Assembly: GCA_964291405.2 (NCBI GenBank)
Contig: OZ219926.1
Coordinates: forward strand, 4,512,001-4,576,000
Length of the DNA stretch: 64,000 bases
Origin: Thermodesulfobacteriota bacterium
Lineage (GTDB): Bacteria; Desulfobacterota; Binatia; Bin18
Direction of reading: 5' to 3'
The translations under genes were made by a program, and so were the position numbers. The notes under the pieces are model-generated. The model worked only from the letters and a program-made list of their open reading frames with translations. It was not told where the DNA came from and made no database searches. Of the stretch, positions 9,738-20,437 are shown piece by piece. Position 1 is the first letter of the stretch. Each line of letters begins with the position of its first letter.

Positions 9738-10724
9738 GTGTCTGCCAAAGCCAGCCTCTCGCAACCAGCTTCCTTTTCGCCACAGGACTGCGTCGCCGCC
9801 GAGCTTGAGCAGGTTGAAGAACGGCTGACTGAGCTCCTCCAATCCCGTGAACAACTGCTGAGTGATATCGGGAATTATCTTGTTGGGGCAGGTGGGAAAC
9901 GAGCCCGGCCAACCGTGGCCCTGATGGTGTTTCGCGCCTGTGGCGGCAAAAATGTGAATGACATCGTTGATGTTGCCACCGCCCTGGAACTTATTCATTC
10001 CGCTTCTCTCCTCCATGACGACATTATTGATGAAGCGGAGACCCGGCGCGGGAAAGAGTCGGCCCTGCACCGCTTTGGGCTGGCGGAGACCCTAATAGCC
10101 GGGGATTTTTTATTTGGACGAGCCTTTGCGCTGTGCGGTCGTTTTGAGGAAAAGGTCATTACCTGGGCGACGGATGCCTGTATCAGCCTGACCGAAGGAG
10201 AAGTCTTGCAGGACCGCTTGCGTCACGACCCGAGCGTGACGCGGGACGACTATTTCGAGATCATCGAACGCAAAACCGCCTCGCTGTTTGCCCAGGGAGC
10301 GCGTATGGGGGCTTATCTTGCCGGGGCTTCGCCGAACGTGATCGAAAGCCTGGCAGAGTCCGGCTACTGCCTGGGTATGGCCTTCCAGATTGTTGATGAT
10401 GTGCTTGACGTGGCCGGCGACGGCAACCGGACTGGCAAGCCAACCGGGGCCGACCTCAGAGACGGTAATCCATCTCTGCCGCTTGTTCTGGCACTTGCCC
10501 GTGACTCTGAGGTCAAACGCGTCTTTGAGAAACACTCGCCGAGTCAGCAAGAAATTGACGGCGCACTGGAGCAGGTTCGTCGCTCCGGGGTGCTCGACGA
10601 AGCCACGCGTATGGCCCACGCCTACAGTAAGCAGACCCTGAAGGCGTTAGAAGTGCTGCCGCCGTCGCCATATTACGACGGTCTTGCTTTTTTTGTATCC
10701 CAGCTTGTCAATCGGACTGCCTAG
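9738..10724 (+). CDS. Polyprenyl diphosphate synthase
   Basis: GGKRARP; LLHDDIID..TRRG and FQIVDDVLD aspartate-rich motifs. Confidence 0.95.
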   Translation: MSAKASLSQPASFSPQDCVAAELEQVEERLTELLQSREQLLSDIGNYLVGAGGKRARPTVALMVFRACGGKNVNDIVDVATALELIHSASLLHDDIIDEAETRRGKESALHRFGLAETLIAGDFLFGRAFALCGRFEEKVITWATDACISLTEGEVLQDRLRHDPSVTRDDYFEIIERKTASLFAQGARMGAYLAGASPNVIESLAESGYCLGMAFQIVDDVLDVAGDGNRTGKPTGADLRDGNPSLPLVLALARDSEVKRVFEKHSPSQQEIDGALEQVRRSGVLDEATRMAHAYSKQTLKALEVLPPSPYYDGLAFFVSQLVNRTA

Positions 10725-10742
10725 GCATATCCTCGACAGGTA

Positions 10743-11603
10743 ATGGCCGCTGACTCGCCACACGCACGACTGGCCCAGATTACCCACTCCCTGCATGCGT
10801 ATGCAAAGGAGTTGCAGGCTGGTGGAGTCGAGGGTTTCCCGCCCGCTCCGCCCGTAACGTATCCGTCCTCTTCGACGATATCGGCTGACGAGGACTCTCC
10901 AGGATCAATTGTCAGCAGTCGTACGGCAATGGTGGAACACCGGCCTCAGCAGGCCGCTGACGCTCCCGCACCGTCCACGGATTTTCCGGCCTCACCCCCG
11001 GACGCGGCTGCCCCGACAGCCCCAGCCGGGGAAGCCCCTCTGGCTGGAGTCCAGACGCTCGTAGAACTCCGTGATGAAATAGGCGACTGCCAGCGCTGTC
11101 GTTTGTGCGAAAAACGCAATACCATCGTCTTTGGGGTTGGGAATCCCGATGCGGAGATCATGTTTATTGGTGAAGGACCGGGCTACGAAGAGGATAAGCA
11201 GGGCGAACCCTTTGTTGGACGAGCCGGGCAGTTGCTGACACAGATCATTACCAAAGGCATGCAAATGCAGCGCTCGGACGTCTATATTGCCAATGTCGTC
11301 AAATGCCGTCCGCCTGAGAATCGGAATCCTGAACCTGATGAAATTGCGGCGTGTGAGCCCTTTCTTGCCAAACAGTTGGAGATCATTCGGCCCAAAGTTA
11401 TTATTGCCTTGGGAAAATTTGCCGCCCAGACGCTGCTGAAGGAGACGACCCCCATCACCCGTTTGCGTGGCAAGTGGCAGTCCTATCACGGGATAAAGTT
11501 GATGCCGACCTTGCATCCGGCCTACTTACTGCGTAACCCGAAAGATAAGCGTTTGGTGTGGGAAGATATTAAAGCGGTACTCCGAGAAATAGGACGTCTC
11601 TAG
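10743..11603 (+). CDS. Uracil-DNA glycosylase family 4 (Fe-S)
   Basis: CQRCRLC, GEGPG, PFVGRAG, NVVKCRPPENR, HPAYLLR; Pro/Ala-rich N-terminal linker. Confidence 0.95.
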   Translation: MAADSPHARLAQITHSLHAYAKELQAGGVEGFPPAPPVTYPSSSTISADEDSPGSIVSSRTAMVEHRPQQAADAPAPSTDFPASPPDAAAPTAPAGEAPLAGVQTLVELRDEIGDCQRCRLCEKRNTIVFGVGNPDAEIMFIGEGPGYEEDKQGEPFVGRAGQLLTQIITKGMQMQRSDVYIANVVKCRPPENRNPEPDEIAACEPFLAKQLEIIRPKVIIALGKFAAQTLLKETTPITRLRGKWQSYHGIKLMPTLHPAYLLRNPKDKRLVWEDIKAVLREIGRL

Positions 11604-11604
11604 C

Positions 11605-12948
11605 GTGCGAAAGCGTTGCCGTACAGTTCGACCCGTCGGCCTCTTTTCTGCCGTCTGTCTCCTGACGGGCCTAGGTATGCTCATAGGTATTCCCGCCCAA
11701 AGTCAGAATGCCCATATCAACCGGATTATTATCGACGCCTCGATTAATCCGGCGGTGGGTGACTTCATCCACGAGAATATCGATCAGTCGGCCCAAGAGG
11801 GGGCCCTGGCGCTGATTATTCAGCTCGATACCCCAGGTGGCTTACTGAACTCGACCAAGAGCATCGTCAAGGACATGCTGGGCGCCCCTCTGCCCGTTCT
11901 TCTGTACGTATCGCCCAGCGGGGCGGGGGCTGGCTCGGCAGGCGTGTTCATTACGATGGCCGGTCATATTGCGGCCATGGCTCCGGGCACAACCATCGGT
12001 GCGGCACATCCGGTTGCCAGCGGCGGGCAAAATATCGAAGGCGATATGCGGGAAAAGATCGAAAATTTTACGGTCTCATTTATTGAATCGATTGCGCAGC
12101 GCCGGGGCCGCAATGTCGAGTGGGCGGAAAAAGCGGTCCGTGAAAGTGTCTCGATCACCGAGGTCGAGGCGCTGGAAAAGAACGTCGTTGATTTTGTTGC
12201 AACGGATGTGCACGATTTGCTGACCCAGGCCAGCGGACGGGCCGTCGAGGTTGGCTCGGAGAAGATCACCCTGGATTTTAGCCCTGCCCAACTGAGTGAG
12301 GGCCGCTTCAATATCGTCACGGTCGAGATGCGGTTGAAGCATAAGGTGCTGAATATCCTGGCCGACCCCAATATCGCCTACCTGCTCATGATGGCCGGCA
12401 TGCTGGGCCTGTATCTTGAATTCTCGAACCCCGGCCTGTTGCTCCCTGGTCTGGCGGGCGGCATTTGTTTGATTCTCGCGCTGACGGCCTTTCAGGTTCT
12501 ACCCATCAATTACACCGGTCTGATCTTAATCGGTCTGGGCATGGCGCTGCTCATAGCGGAGATGTTTCTCCCCAGCTTCGGTATCTTGGGCGTTAGCGGT
12601 ATTGCTGCCTTTGTGTTGGGCTCATTATTCCTGTTCGATACGCCGGACGCCGAGCTTGCGGTTGATCGGGGTATTATTTTTGCCGCCTCGCTTGCCATGG
12701 GGACCTTCATGTTTATTGTCGGTTCACTCGCCGTGCGGGCGTGGCGCCGCCCGGTCGCGTCAGGAATGGAGGGGCTCCAGGGAGAAATCGGTGAAGTGCG
12801 CACCCCGCTTACCCCACAGGGAAAAGTCTGGGTGCACGGCGAGTATTGGACGGCTCAGAGTGACGAAGAGATTGAAGTCGGTCAAAAGGTCCAAATCGTC
12901 GAGATTGACCATATGATCCTGCGGGTACGCCGCGCAGCGAATTTGTGA
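11605..12948 (+). CDS. nfeD: NfeD family membrane-bound serine protease
   Basis: LDTPGGL, SAG, GAAHPV; TM region; C-terminal OB fold (V.VHGEYW.A); next to a slipin gene. Confidence 0.92.
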   Translation: MRKRCRTVRPVGLFSAVCLLTGLGMLIGIPAQSQNAHINRIIIDASINPAVGDFIHENIDQSAQEGALALIIQLDTPGGLLNSTKSIVKDMLGAPLPVLLYVSPSGAGAGSAGVFITMAGHIAAMAPGTTIGAAHPVASGGQNIEGDMREKIENFTVSFIESIAQRRGRNVEWAEKAVRESVSITEVEALEKNVVDFVATDVHDLLTQASGRAVEVGSEKITLDFSPAQLSEGRFNIVTVEMRLKHKVLNILADPNIAYLLMMAGMLGLYLEFSNPGLLLPGLAGGICLILALTAFQVLPINYTGLILIGLGMALLIAEMFLPSFGILGVSGIAAFVLGSLFLFDTPDAELAVDRGIIFAASLAMGTFMFIVGSLAVRAWRRPVASGMEGLQGEIGEVRTPLTPQGKVWVHGEYWTAQSDEEIEVGQKVQIVEIDHMILRVRRAANL

Positions 12949-12966
12949 TGAAGAGGGGGATACTCC

Positions 12967-13773
12967 ATGTTTGATTTTGGTCCGGCAGCAACATTTCTGA
13001 TTATCGGTCTGGTACTCCTGGCGAGCGGCATCAAGATTCTGCCCGAATATGAGCGAGGGGTTATTTTTCGACTCGGCCGTCTGGTGAAGCACCGCGGGCC
13101 GGGATTGATCTATGTCATCCCGTTGATTGAGCGCATGGTCCGGTTGGATATGCGGACGATTACCCTGGACATTCCTCCACAAGACGTGATCACCAAGGAC
13201 AACGTCTCGATCAAGGTCAATGCGGTCCTCTATTTTCGTGTCCTGGAGCCCAATAAGGCAACAATCGAGATCGAGAATTATCTGTTTGCCACCTCGCAAC
13301 TCTCCCAAACGACGCTGCGGAGTGTCTGCGGCCAGGCCGAACTGGACGAACTGCTCTCCGAGCGGGATAAGATCAATGCCCATCTGCAAGAGATCGTTGA
13401 CACCCAGACGGACCCGTGGGGGATTAAGGTCTCACTGGTTGAGGTGAAACATATTGACCTGCCTCAGGAGATGCAGCGGGCGCTGGCAAAACAGGCCGAG
13501 GCCGAGCGGGAACGCCGGGCCAAGGTGATTAATGCCGAGGGCGAATTCCAGGCGGCCCAGCGGCTGGCTGATGCCTCCAGTATTATCGAACAACACCCGG
13601 TCGCCCTCCAACTGCGCTATCTCCAAACGCTTTCTGAAGTCGCAACGGAGAATAACTCAACCACCCTCTTTCCGGTGCCAATTGATCTCTTACAGCCCTT
13701 TCTACGTGGGATGGGCGGACCCGCATCAACGGAGAGTGCGCCAGATAGCTCGCCAGACAGCTCAACAACGTAA
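12967..13773 (+). CDS. Slipin/stomatin (SPFH) family protein
   Basis: [47 protein letters not shown]. Confidence 0.95.
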   Translation: MFDFGPAATFLIIGLVLLASGIKILPEYERGVIFRLGRLVKHRGPGLIYVIPLIERMVRLDMRTITLDIPPQDVITKDNVSIKVNAVLYFRVLEPNKATIEIENYLFATSQLSQTTLRSVCGQAELDELLSERDKINAHLQEIVDTQTDPWGIKVSLVEVKHIDLPQEMQRALAKQAEAERERRAKVINAEGEFQAAQRLADASSIIEQHPVALQLRYLQTLSEVATENNSTTLFPVPIDLLQPFLRGMGGPASTESAPDSSPDSSTT

Positions 13774-13801
13774 GCGAGCCTTGAGTTGATTAACTTAGAA
13801 T

Positions 13802-13836
13802 ATATGTCTCCTCTCCCCGGAGGGAGAGGAGATATG
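13802..13836. terminator. GC-rich hairpin (terminator or REP-like)
   Basis: TCTCCTCTCCC-CGGA-GGGAGAGGAGA inverted repeat downstream of the slipin gene; no U-tract. Confidence 0.5.
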
Positions 13837-13849
13837 TCAGCCCTCCTGA

Positions 13850-14887
13850 ATGGACCTTTCTGATTTCGACTACGACCTGCCGGCCGAGTTGATCGCTCAA
13901 GAGCCGGCGAAACAACGCGACCAGTCCCGTCTTCTATGTGTGGGGCGAGGCGACGCTTCCCTCTCGCATCATCGGTTTGCGGACCTGCTCGGTCTGTTGC
14001 CCAAAGACTGCGTACTGGTCTTGAACAATACCAGGGTTATCCCGGCTCGGTTACGCGGGAAGAAGACGACGGGCGGAAAAGTCGAACTCCTTCTGGTTCG
14101 ACGCACCGCTGCTGAGGAAGAAGTCTGGCAGGTCCTGTGTAAAGGCGGCCAGAATCAGAAAGTCGGTGGACGCATTAATTTCGCGGATAATTTTTGGGGA
14201 AAGTGGGTGGAAGCCCCGAGGGCAGGGCAGGGTCATATCCGATTTTTCCCGGAAAAGAATTTTCAACGACTTGTCGAACAGCACGGAGAGGTCCCGCTGC
14301 CGCCGTATATCAGGCGCTCGCCGGGCCGGCACGCAGCCGACCGGGAGCGCTACCAAACGGTGTATGCCCAGCAACCCGGTGCGGTTGCCGCTCCGACTGC
14401 CGGGCTGCATTTTACGCCGGCATTGCTCGACAAGCTGGTCCAGAGTGGCATTCATCTGTGCTTTGTGACCCTGCACGTTGGTCTGGGTACGTTTCAGCCT
14501 ATCCGGGTAGAGCAGGTTGAGACGCATACGATGGGAGCCGAATCGTATGAAATCGATGTGGCAACCGCAGAATGCATCAACGCGGCCAAAGCGTCCGGGA
14601 GAAAAATCATTGCCGTTGGGACAACCACCACACGAGCGCTCGAATCGTCAGCCCAACAGACGGGCCACGTCCAGCCCGGACCGAATCAGTCCAAGTTGTT
14701 CATCTATCCCGGCTATGAATTTCAGGTGATAGACGGCTTGATCACCAATTTCCATCTGCCCCGTTCAACCCTGTTGCTGCTCGTATCAGCCTTTACCGGA
14801 CGAGATCGCATACTGCACGCCTACGCGGAAGCGGTAAAGCAGCGCTACCGGTTTTACAGTTATGGAGATGCAATGTTGATTGTGTGA
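13850..14887 (+). CDS. queA: S-adenosylmethionine:tRNA ribosyltransferase-isomerase
   Basis: FDYDLP.ELIAQ.P, PLPPYI, AAPTAGLHF, VGTTT.RALE, TNFHLP.STL, YRFYSYGDAM. Confidence 0.98.
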   Translation: MDLSDFDYDLPAELIAQEPAKQRDQSRLLCVGRGDASLSHHRFADLLGLLPKDCVLVLNNTRVIPARLRGKKTTGGKVELLLVRRTAAEEEVWQVLCKGGQNQKVGGRINFADNFWGKWVEAPRAGQGHIRFFPEKNFQRLVEQHGEVPLPPYIRRSPGRHAADRERYQTVYAQQPGAVAAPTAGLHFTPALLDKLVQSGIHLCFVTLHVGLGTFQPIRVEQVETHTMGAESYEIDVATAECINAAKASGRKIIAVGTTTTRALESSAQQTGHVQPGPNQSKLFIYPGYEFQVIDGLITNFHLPRSTLLLLVSAFTGRDRILHAYAEAVKQRYRFYSYGDAMLIV

Positions 14888-14929
14888 GAGAGGGTTGGCT
14901 TGGAGTTGTTCCCCCGTAACGAGGCCGAG

Positions 14930-15351
14930 CTATGCTGCTATCCGTTCCGTAGGTATCGGAACGTTGACGTAGGCAAAGACCAGTTCCTGAAATTCGGAAT
15001 TCTCCAGATGGTGCTCCACTGATTGACGTTCGGGGACCGCTTGGCCAGCTTCCCGATACGCTTCCACATTAACCCGGATCGCTTCACTAGAGCAGTTTCC
15101 TCCGTGGTGTAGCGAGGTGCTCTCCAGAGTTCCGTAGGGTGCATCCCATGCACCACCTTGCCCCGGTGCGCAGGGCGCACCCTACGGATCGGGAAACGCG
15201 CGGAGGCCGTTGGACGCTACACTAATGTGAATTTTGCGCTAACCGCTTGCTTTGCCGCTTCGATCGTTTCTCCGTATGTCACGATTGCTAAATCGGGCAC
15301 TTGTACGGCAAACCCTACGTCCGTTTGTTCCAGCATAATGAGGTATCGCGT
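14930..15351 (-). pseudogene. hicB: HicB-family antitoxin gene split by a 150-bp MITE
   Basis: Removing 15090-15241 gives the in-frame sequence (T/M)RYLIMLEQTDVGFAVQVPDLAIVTYGETIEAAKQAV|SEAIRVNVEAYREAGQAVPERQSVEHHLENSEFQELVFAYVNVPIPTERIAA*; the likely start codon now reads ACG. Confidence 0.8.
15090..15239. mobile_element. MITE with TA target duplication carrying an inverted REP doublet
   Basis: TA at 15088-89 and 15240-41; imperfect TIRs GAGCAGTTTCC..GTGTAGCG / CGCTACAC..TTTTGCGC; internal TCCGTAGGGTGC...GCACCCTACGGA (15131-15188). Confidence 0.78.
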
Positions 15352-15370
15352 AACGGAACCTGTAGTCTGA

Positions 15371-15871
15371 TTACTGCAATACGGGAGCCACGGCAAAGCT
15401 TTTTATCCAGTTGCTCTGTTCAATAGTATCCGGGACTGTACATCCTCGTGCCTGACTAATTTGGACCAGGGCAGCTTCCGGGTCTATCCCGGCTGAGACG
15501 AGTAAGAGAGCCGTTATCAGGCTTGAGCGTCCAATCCCTTGCCGACAATGGACGGCTACGGATTTGCCCTCTTCAAGAGATCTCTCCAGATTCTGTACTA
15601 AGTCAGTCGTTGTTTTTCGTGACGCAGGGACCCCTCGGTCCTGTATCGGGTAGGCGTAGAATTGGATGCCCTGTACCCGGCACAAAAGTTCTTCCTGATT
15701 CAGTTCAAGCTCGGTATTTTCATCGGGGGCGAGCAGTGAAACCACTACATCCAGCCCGGCTTCCTGCCAGGAGCGGACTTCCTCTTCGAGCCAGTCGCCT
15801 CCGCGCGGACGCGGTACTATCGCCAGACGCCCAGGCCAGGGGCCTGCTATCCAATACGCTGTTGTTCTCAT
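15371..15871 (-). CDS. Cys-based protein-tyrosine/dual-specificity phosphatase family protein
   Basis: VHCRQGIGRS (HCx5R); PIQDRGVP acid loop; VPDT.EQ. Confidence 0.92.
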   Translation of the reverse strand: MRTTAYWIAGPWPGRLAIVPRPRGGDWLEEEVRSWQEAGLDVVVSLLAPDENTELELNQEELLCRVQGIQFYAYPIQDRGVPASRKTTTDLVQNLERSLEEGKSVAVHCRQGIGRSSLITALLLVSAGIDPEAALVQISQARGCTVPDTIEQSNWIKSFAVAPVLQ

Positions 15872-15884
15872 GCAAGTCTCTTCG

Positions 15885-16133
15885 TTACGGCAGTGGCTCC
15901 TTGTCAAAAAGCTCACGGGGGAGCGCGTCTACGTCAACCCCTCGGTCTCGTAAGACTTTAATCCGATGATGACCATCGATCATAGTTCCATCGCGCTTGA
16001 CCTTGAGCGCCCCTTCTTGTCCAGGACTGAGCGATTCCATGAGTTCTTCAGTTGTCAGTTTATCAAATTGGGCCAACTTAGGCTGACTTAATGAACTTTC
16101 AGGGTGTAACGACTTTAAGGATGATTGATCCAT
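15885..16133 (-). CDS. Small ParB/sulfiredoxin-like domain protein
   Basis: 82 aa; 'GTMIDGHHRIKVL' matches the ParB/Srx (I)DGxHR motif; 13 nt upstream of the phosphatase gene. Confidence 0.7.
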   Translation of the reverse strand: MDQSSLKSLHPESSLSQPKLAQFDKLTTEELMESLSPGQEGALKVKRDGTMIDGHHRIKVLRDRGVDVDALPRELFDKEPLP

Positions 16134-16374
16134 AATTCAGGAGATCTCGTCCGAGAGAAATGTGGATGTTTCTATTCGTGTAAAGTCCATTCATATTACT
16201 ATTATTTCCTTCTAGTTGCTCAACTACAATCAAGCTGCCTAATGAAATGGGTAAACTCTACAACTTCTTGCGGTCAAACGCGTCGCCGCCTGCCGCTCAC
16301 CCATCGGTAGTGATGCTTTGTCGCATTGATTCAACCTTATGACCTTTACATGTCGCGGGCAGCCCTACAAGTAG

Positions 16375-17938
<1,564 letters not shown>

Positions 17939-17939
<1 letters not shown>

Positions 17940-19504
17940 TGCCCCAAGGTCTGCGTTATCGCCTCCTTTTGATTGTCGGTCTCGCGCTGTGGGGGGGTCT
18001 CTATCTCATCCCGTCTTTCAGCTCCGCGTTGCCGGGTTGGTGGCCGTCCTTTCTGCCCTCCCATCAGATTCGTCTGGGTCTTGATCTGCGTGGCGGAACA
18101 TATCTGTTGTTGACGGTTGACCTGGAGAAGGCTGTTGAAAACAGCCTGGATCAGTACGCCGAAGAATTCCGACGGGCGCTGAGTGAGGCCGAGGCCGGCA
18201 TCGTCGATATTCGGCGAGAAGGCAATACGTTGCGCTTTTCCACCATATCCGAATCAGACCGAACAATAGTGCGGGAGATTCTGGCCGACCGCTTCCCCAT
18301 TCTCGAACCCCGGATCGGCACCGGTTCAAGCTCGGATATTGTCGTTGACCTTGACAGCCGCCAGATCGAAACGCTTCACCAGTACGCAGTCGATCAATCG
18401 CTGGAAACCATCCGCAACCGGATCGACCAGTTCGGCGTGGCCGAACCCATTATCCAACGTCAAGGCGACCGGGATATTCTGGTCCAACTGCCCGGCATCC
18501 AGGATCCTGAACGCGCCAAGGAATTGATCGGTAGAACCGCGGTATTGGAATTCAAGCTGGTGGCGGAAGAGGGCAGTACACGCGAAACCGAGACCCTGAA
18601 TGGTCAGGACCGTGACCCGCTGAGCGGGGAGCCGATTCGGACCACTTATACCTTGGAAAGACAGACCTTGCTTTCCGGTGATGGGGTGGCTGACGCCCGC
18701 GTGCGTCCCAGCGTAGACATTGAAGGGCCGTACGTCGAGCTGATTCTGAACAATCGCGGGGCCGAGACCTTTGAAGAAGTAACCGGGGCCAATGTCGGCC
18801 GCCGTCTGGCCATTGTGCTGGATAATACCGTGTATTCGGCCCCTGTGATTCGCGACCGGATCGGCGGCGGACACGCCTCCATCACGGGCGGGTTTGACAT
18901 TAGGGAAGCCCGCGACCTCGCCATTGTCCTACGCGCCGGTGCGCTGCCTGCGCCCGTCACCATCGCCGAGGAGCGGACAGTCGGGCCGTCTCTCGGGCGG
19001 GACTCGATCGAGCAAGGAACCATGTCCTTTATTATTGGCGGGGTCTTGGTCGTGGTCTTCATGGTCGTGTATTACAACCTGGCCGGCCTCCTGGCCGACC
19101 TCGCGCTGACCTTGAATATCCTGCTGCTCCTGGCTGCCCTGGCCATGTTTGACGCCACCCTGACCCTTCCGGGCATTGCCGGTATTGTCCTCACCGTGGG
19201 CATGGCGGTGGACGCCAATGTGCTGATCAACGAACGCATGCGAGAAGAGGTGCGACTCGGCAAAGGGGCACGGGCCGCGGTAGACTCCGGCTACGAGCGC
19301 GCCTTGCCGGCTATTTTTGACTCGAATATCACCACGTTTTTATCGGGCCTGATTCTGTTTCAGTTCGGGTCCGGCCCCATCAAAGGCTTCGCCGTCACCC
19401 TATGTATTGGGATTATCAGCACGGTGTTCACGACGGTGTTCTGCACGCGGGCGGTGTATGATTATTTTCTGGCGCGGCGGCGTTTACACACCCTGAGCGT
19501 CTGA
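17939..19504 (+). CDS. secD: Protein translocase subunit SecD
   Basis: LGLDLRGG, RIDQFGVAEP, LRAGALPAP, GMAVDANVLINER. Confidence 0.98.
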
Positions 19505-19534
19505 GCCGGGCGGGACAGCCAAGAGTACAAGACC

Positions 19535-20437
19535 ATGGAACTGATTAAAGCTGGCACGACAATTGATTTTCTGCACTACGCCAAAGGCGCGTATCTGTTT
19601 TCCGCTCTTCTCCTCCTGCTCGGTATCACCGCCTTTTGGTATCGGGGCGGTTTGAACTATGGGGTTGATTTTGCGGGCGGGACCATCGTCCATGTCAAAT
19701 TCAGCCAGCAGACCGAGGCGGCAAGCATTCGTGCTGTTGTCTCCCAAACGGATATTTCAGATATCACGGTCCAGGATTTTGGGCAGAACGGGGATGAATT
19801 CCTGATTCGTATTCCCAAGTCGGAAACAGGCGCTGAAAATTTCTCAAATCGGATTCGCGAGAGCCTGGTTGATGGCTACGGTCCTGAGGCGTTCGATGTC
19901 CGACGGGTCGAAAGCGTCGGCCCAAAAGTCGGGAGGGACTTGCGGCGGAAAGGCATTCTCGCCGTTGTGTTCGCCACCTTCATGATGGGTGGCTATATTG
20001 CCTTCCGGTTTGAGCCCCGGTTTGGGGTGGGTGCGGGTGTCGCCCTGGTCCATGATGTCTTGGTGACTACTACCGTTTTGCTTGTAGCCGATGTTGAGTT
20101 CGATCTGACCGTTGTGGCCGCCCTGTTAACCGTCATCGGCTATTCGGTCAACGATACGGTCATTGTGTGTGACCGCGTGCGGGAAAACATGCGCAAGCTG
20201 CGTCGTGAGACTATGCGGACGATCATCAACCGCAGTATTAATGAGACCCTGAGCCGTACGGTGATCACGACCGGGACAGTTCTCATGGTCATCCTGGCCC
20301 TCTTCTTTTTGGGTGGCTCGGTGATCCATGCCTTCGCGCTCGTTCTGCTGGTCGGGATGACGGTCGGAACGTATTCCTCCATCTATGTTGCCAGTCCGGT
20401 TGTTCTGCTGTGGGAAAAGGGGACCGCCAGGCAGTGA
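19535..20437 (+). CDS. secF: Protein translocase subunit SecF
   Basis: GVDFAGG, VGPKVG, GYSVNDTV..DRVREN, GTYSSIYVA. Confidence 0.98.
   Translation: MELIKAGTTIDFLHYAKGAYLFSALLLLLGITAFWYRGGLNYGVDFAGGTIVHVKFSQQTEAASIRAVVSQTDISDITVQDFGQNGDEFLIRIPKSETGAENFSNRIRESLVDGYGPEAFDVRRVESVGPKVGRDLRRKGILAVVFATFMMGGYIAFRFEPRFGVGAGVALVHDVLVTTTVLLVADVEFDLTVVAALLTVIGYSVNDTVIVCDRVRENMRKLRRETMRTIINRSINETLSRTVITTGTVLMVILALFFLGGSVIHAFALVLLVGMTVGTYSSIYVASPVVLLWEKGTARQ

Noticed and set aside
14938-15180. 80-aa ORF in the track
   Set aside because: Starts inside the MITE and reads out of frame over the hicB 3' half
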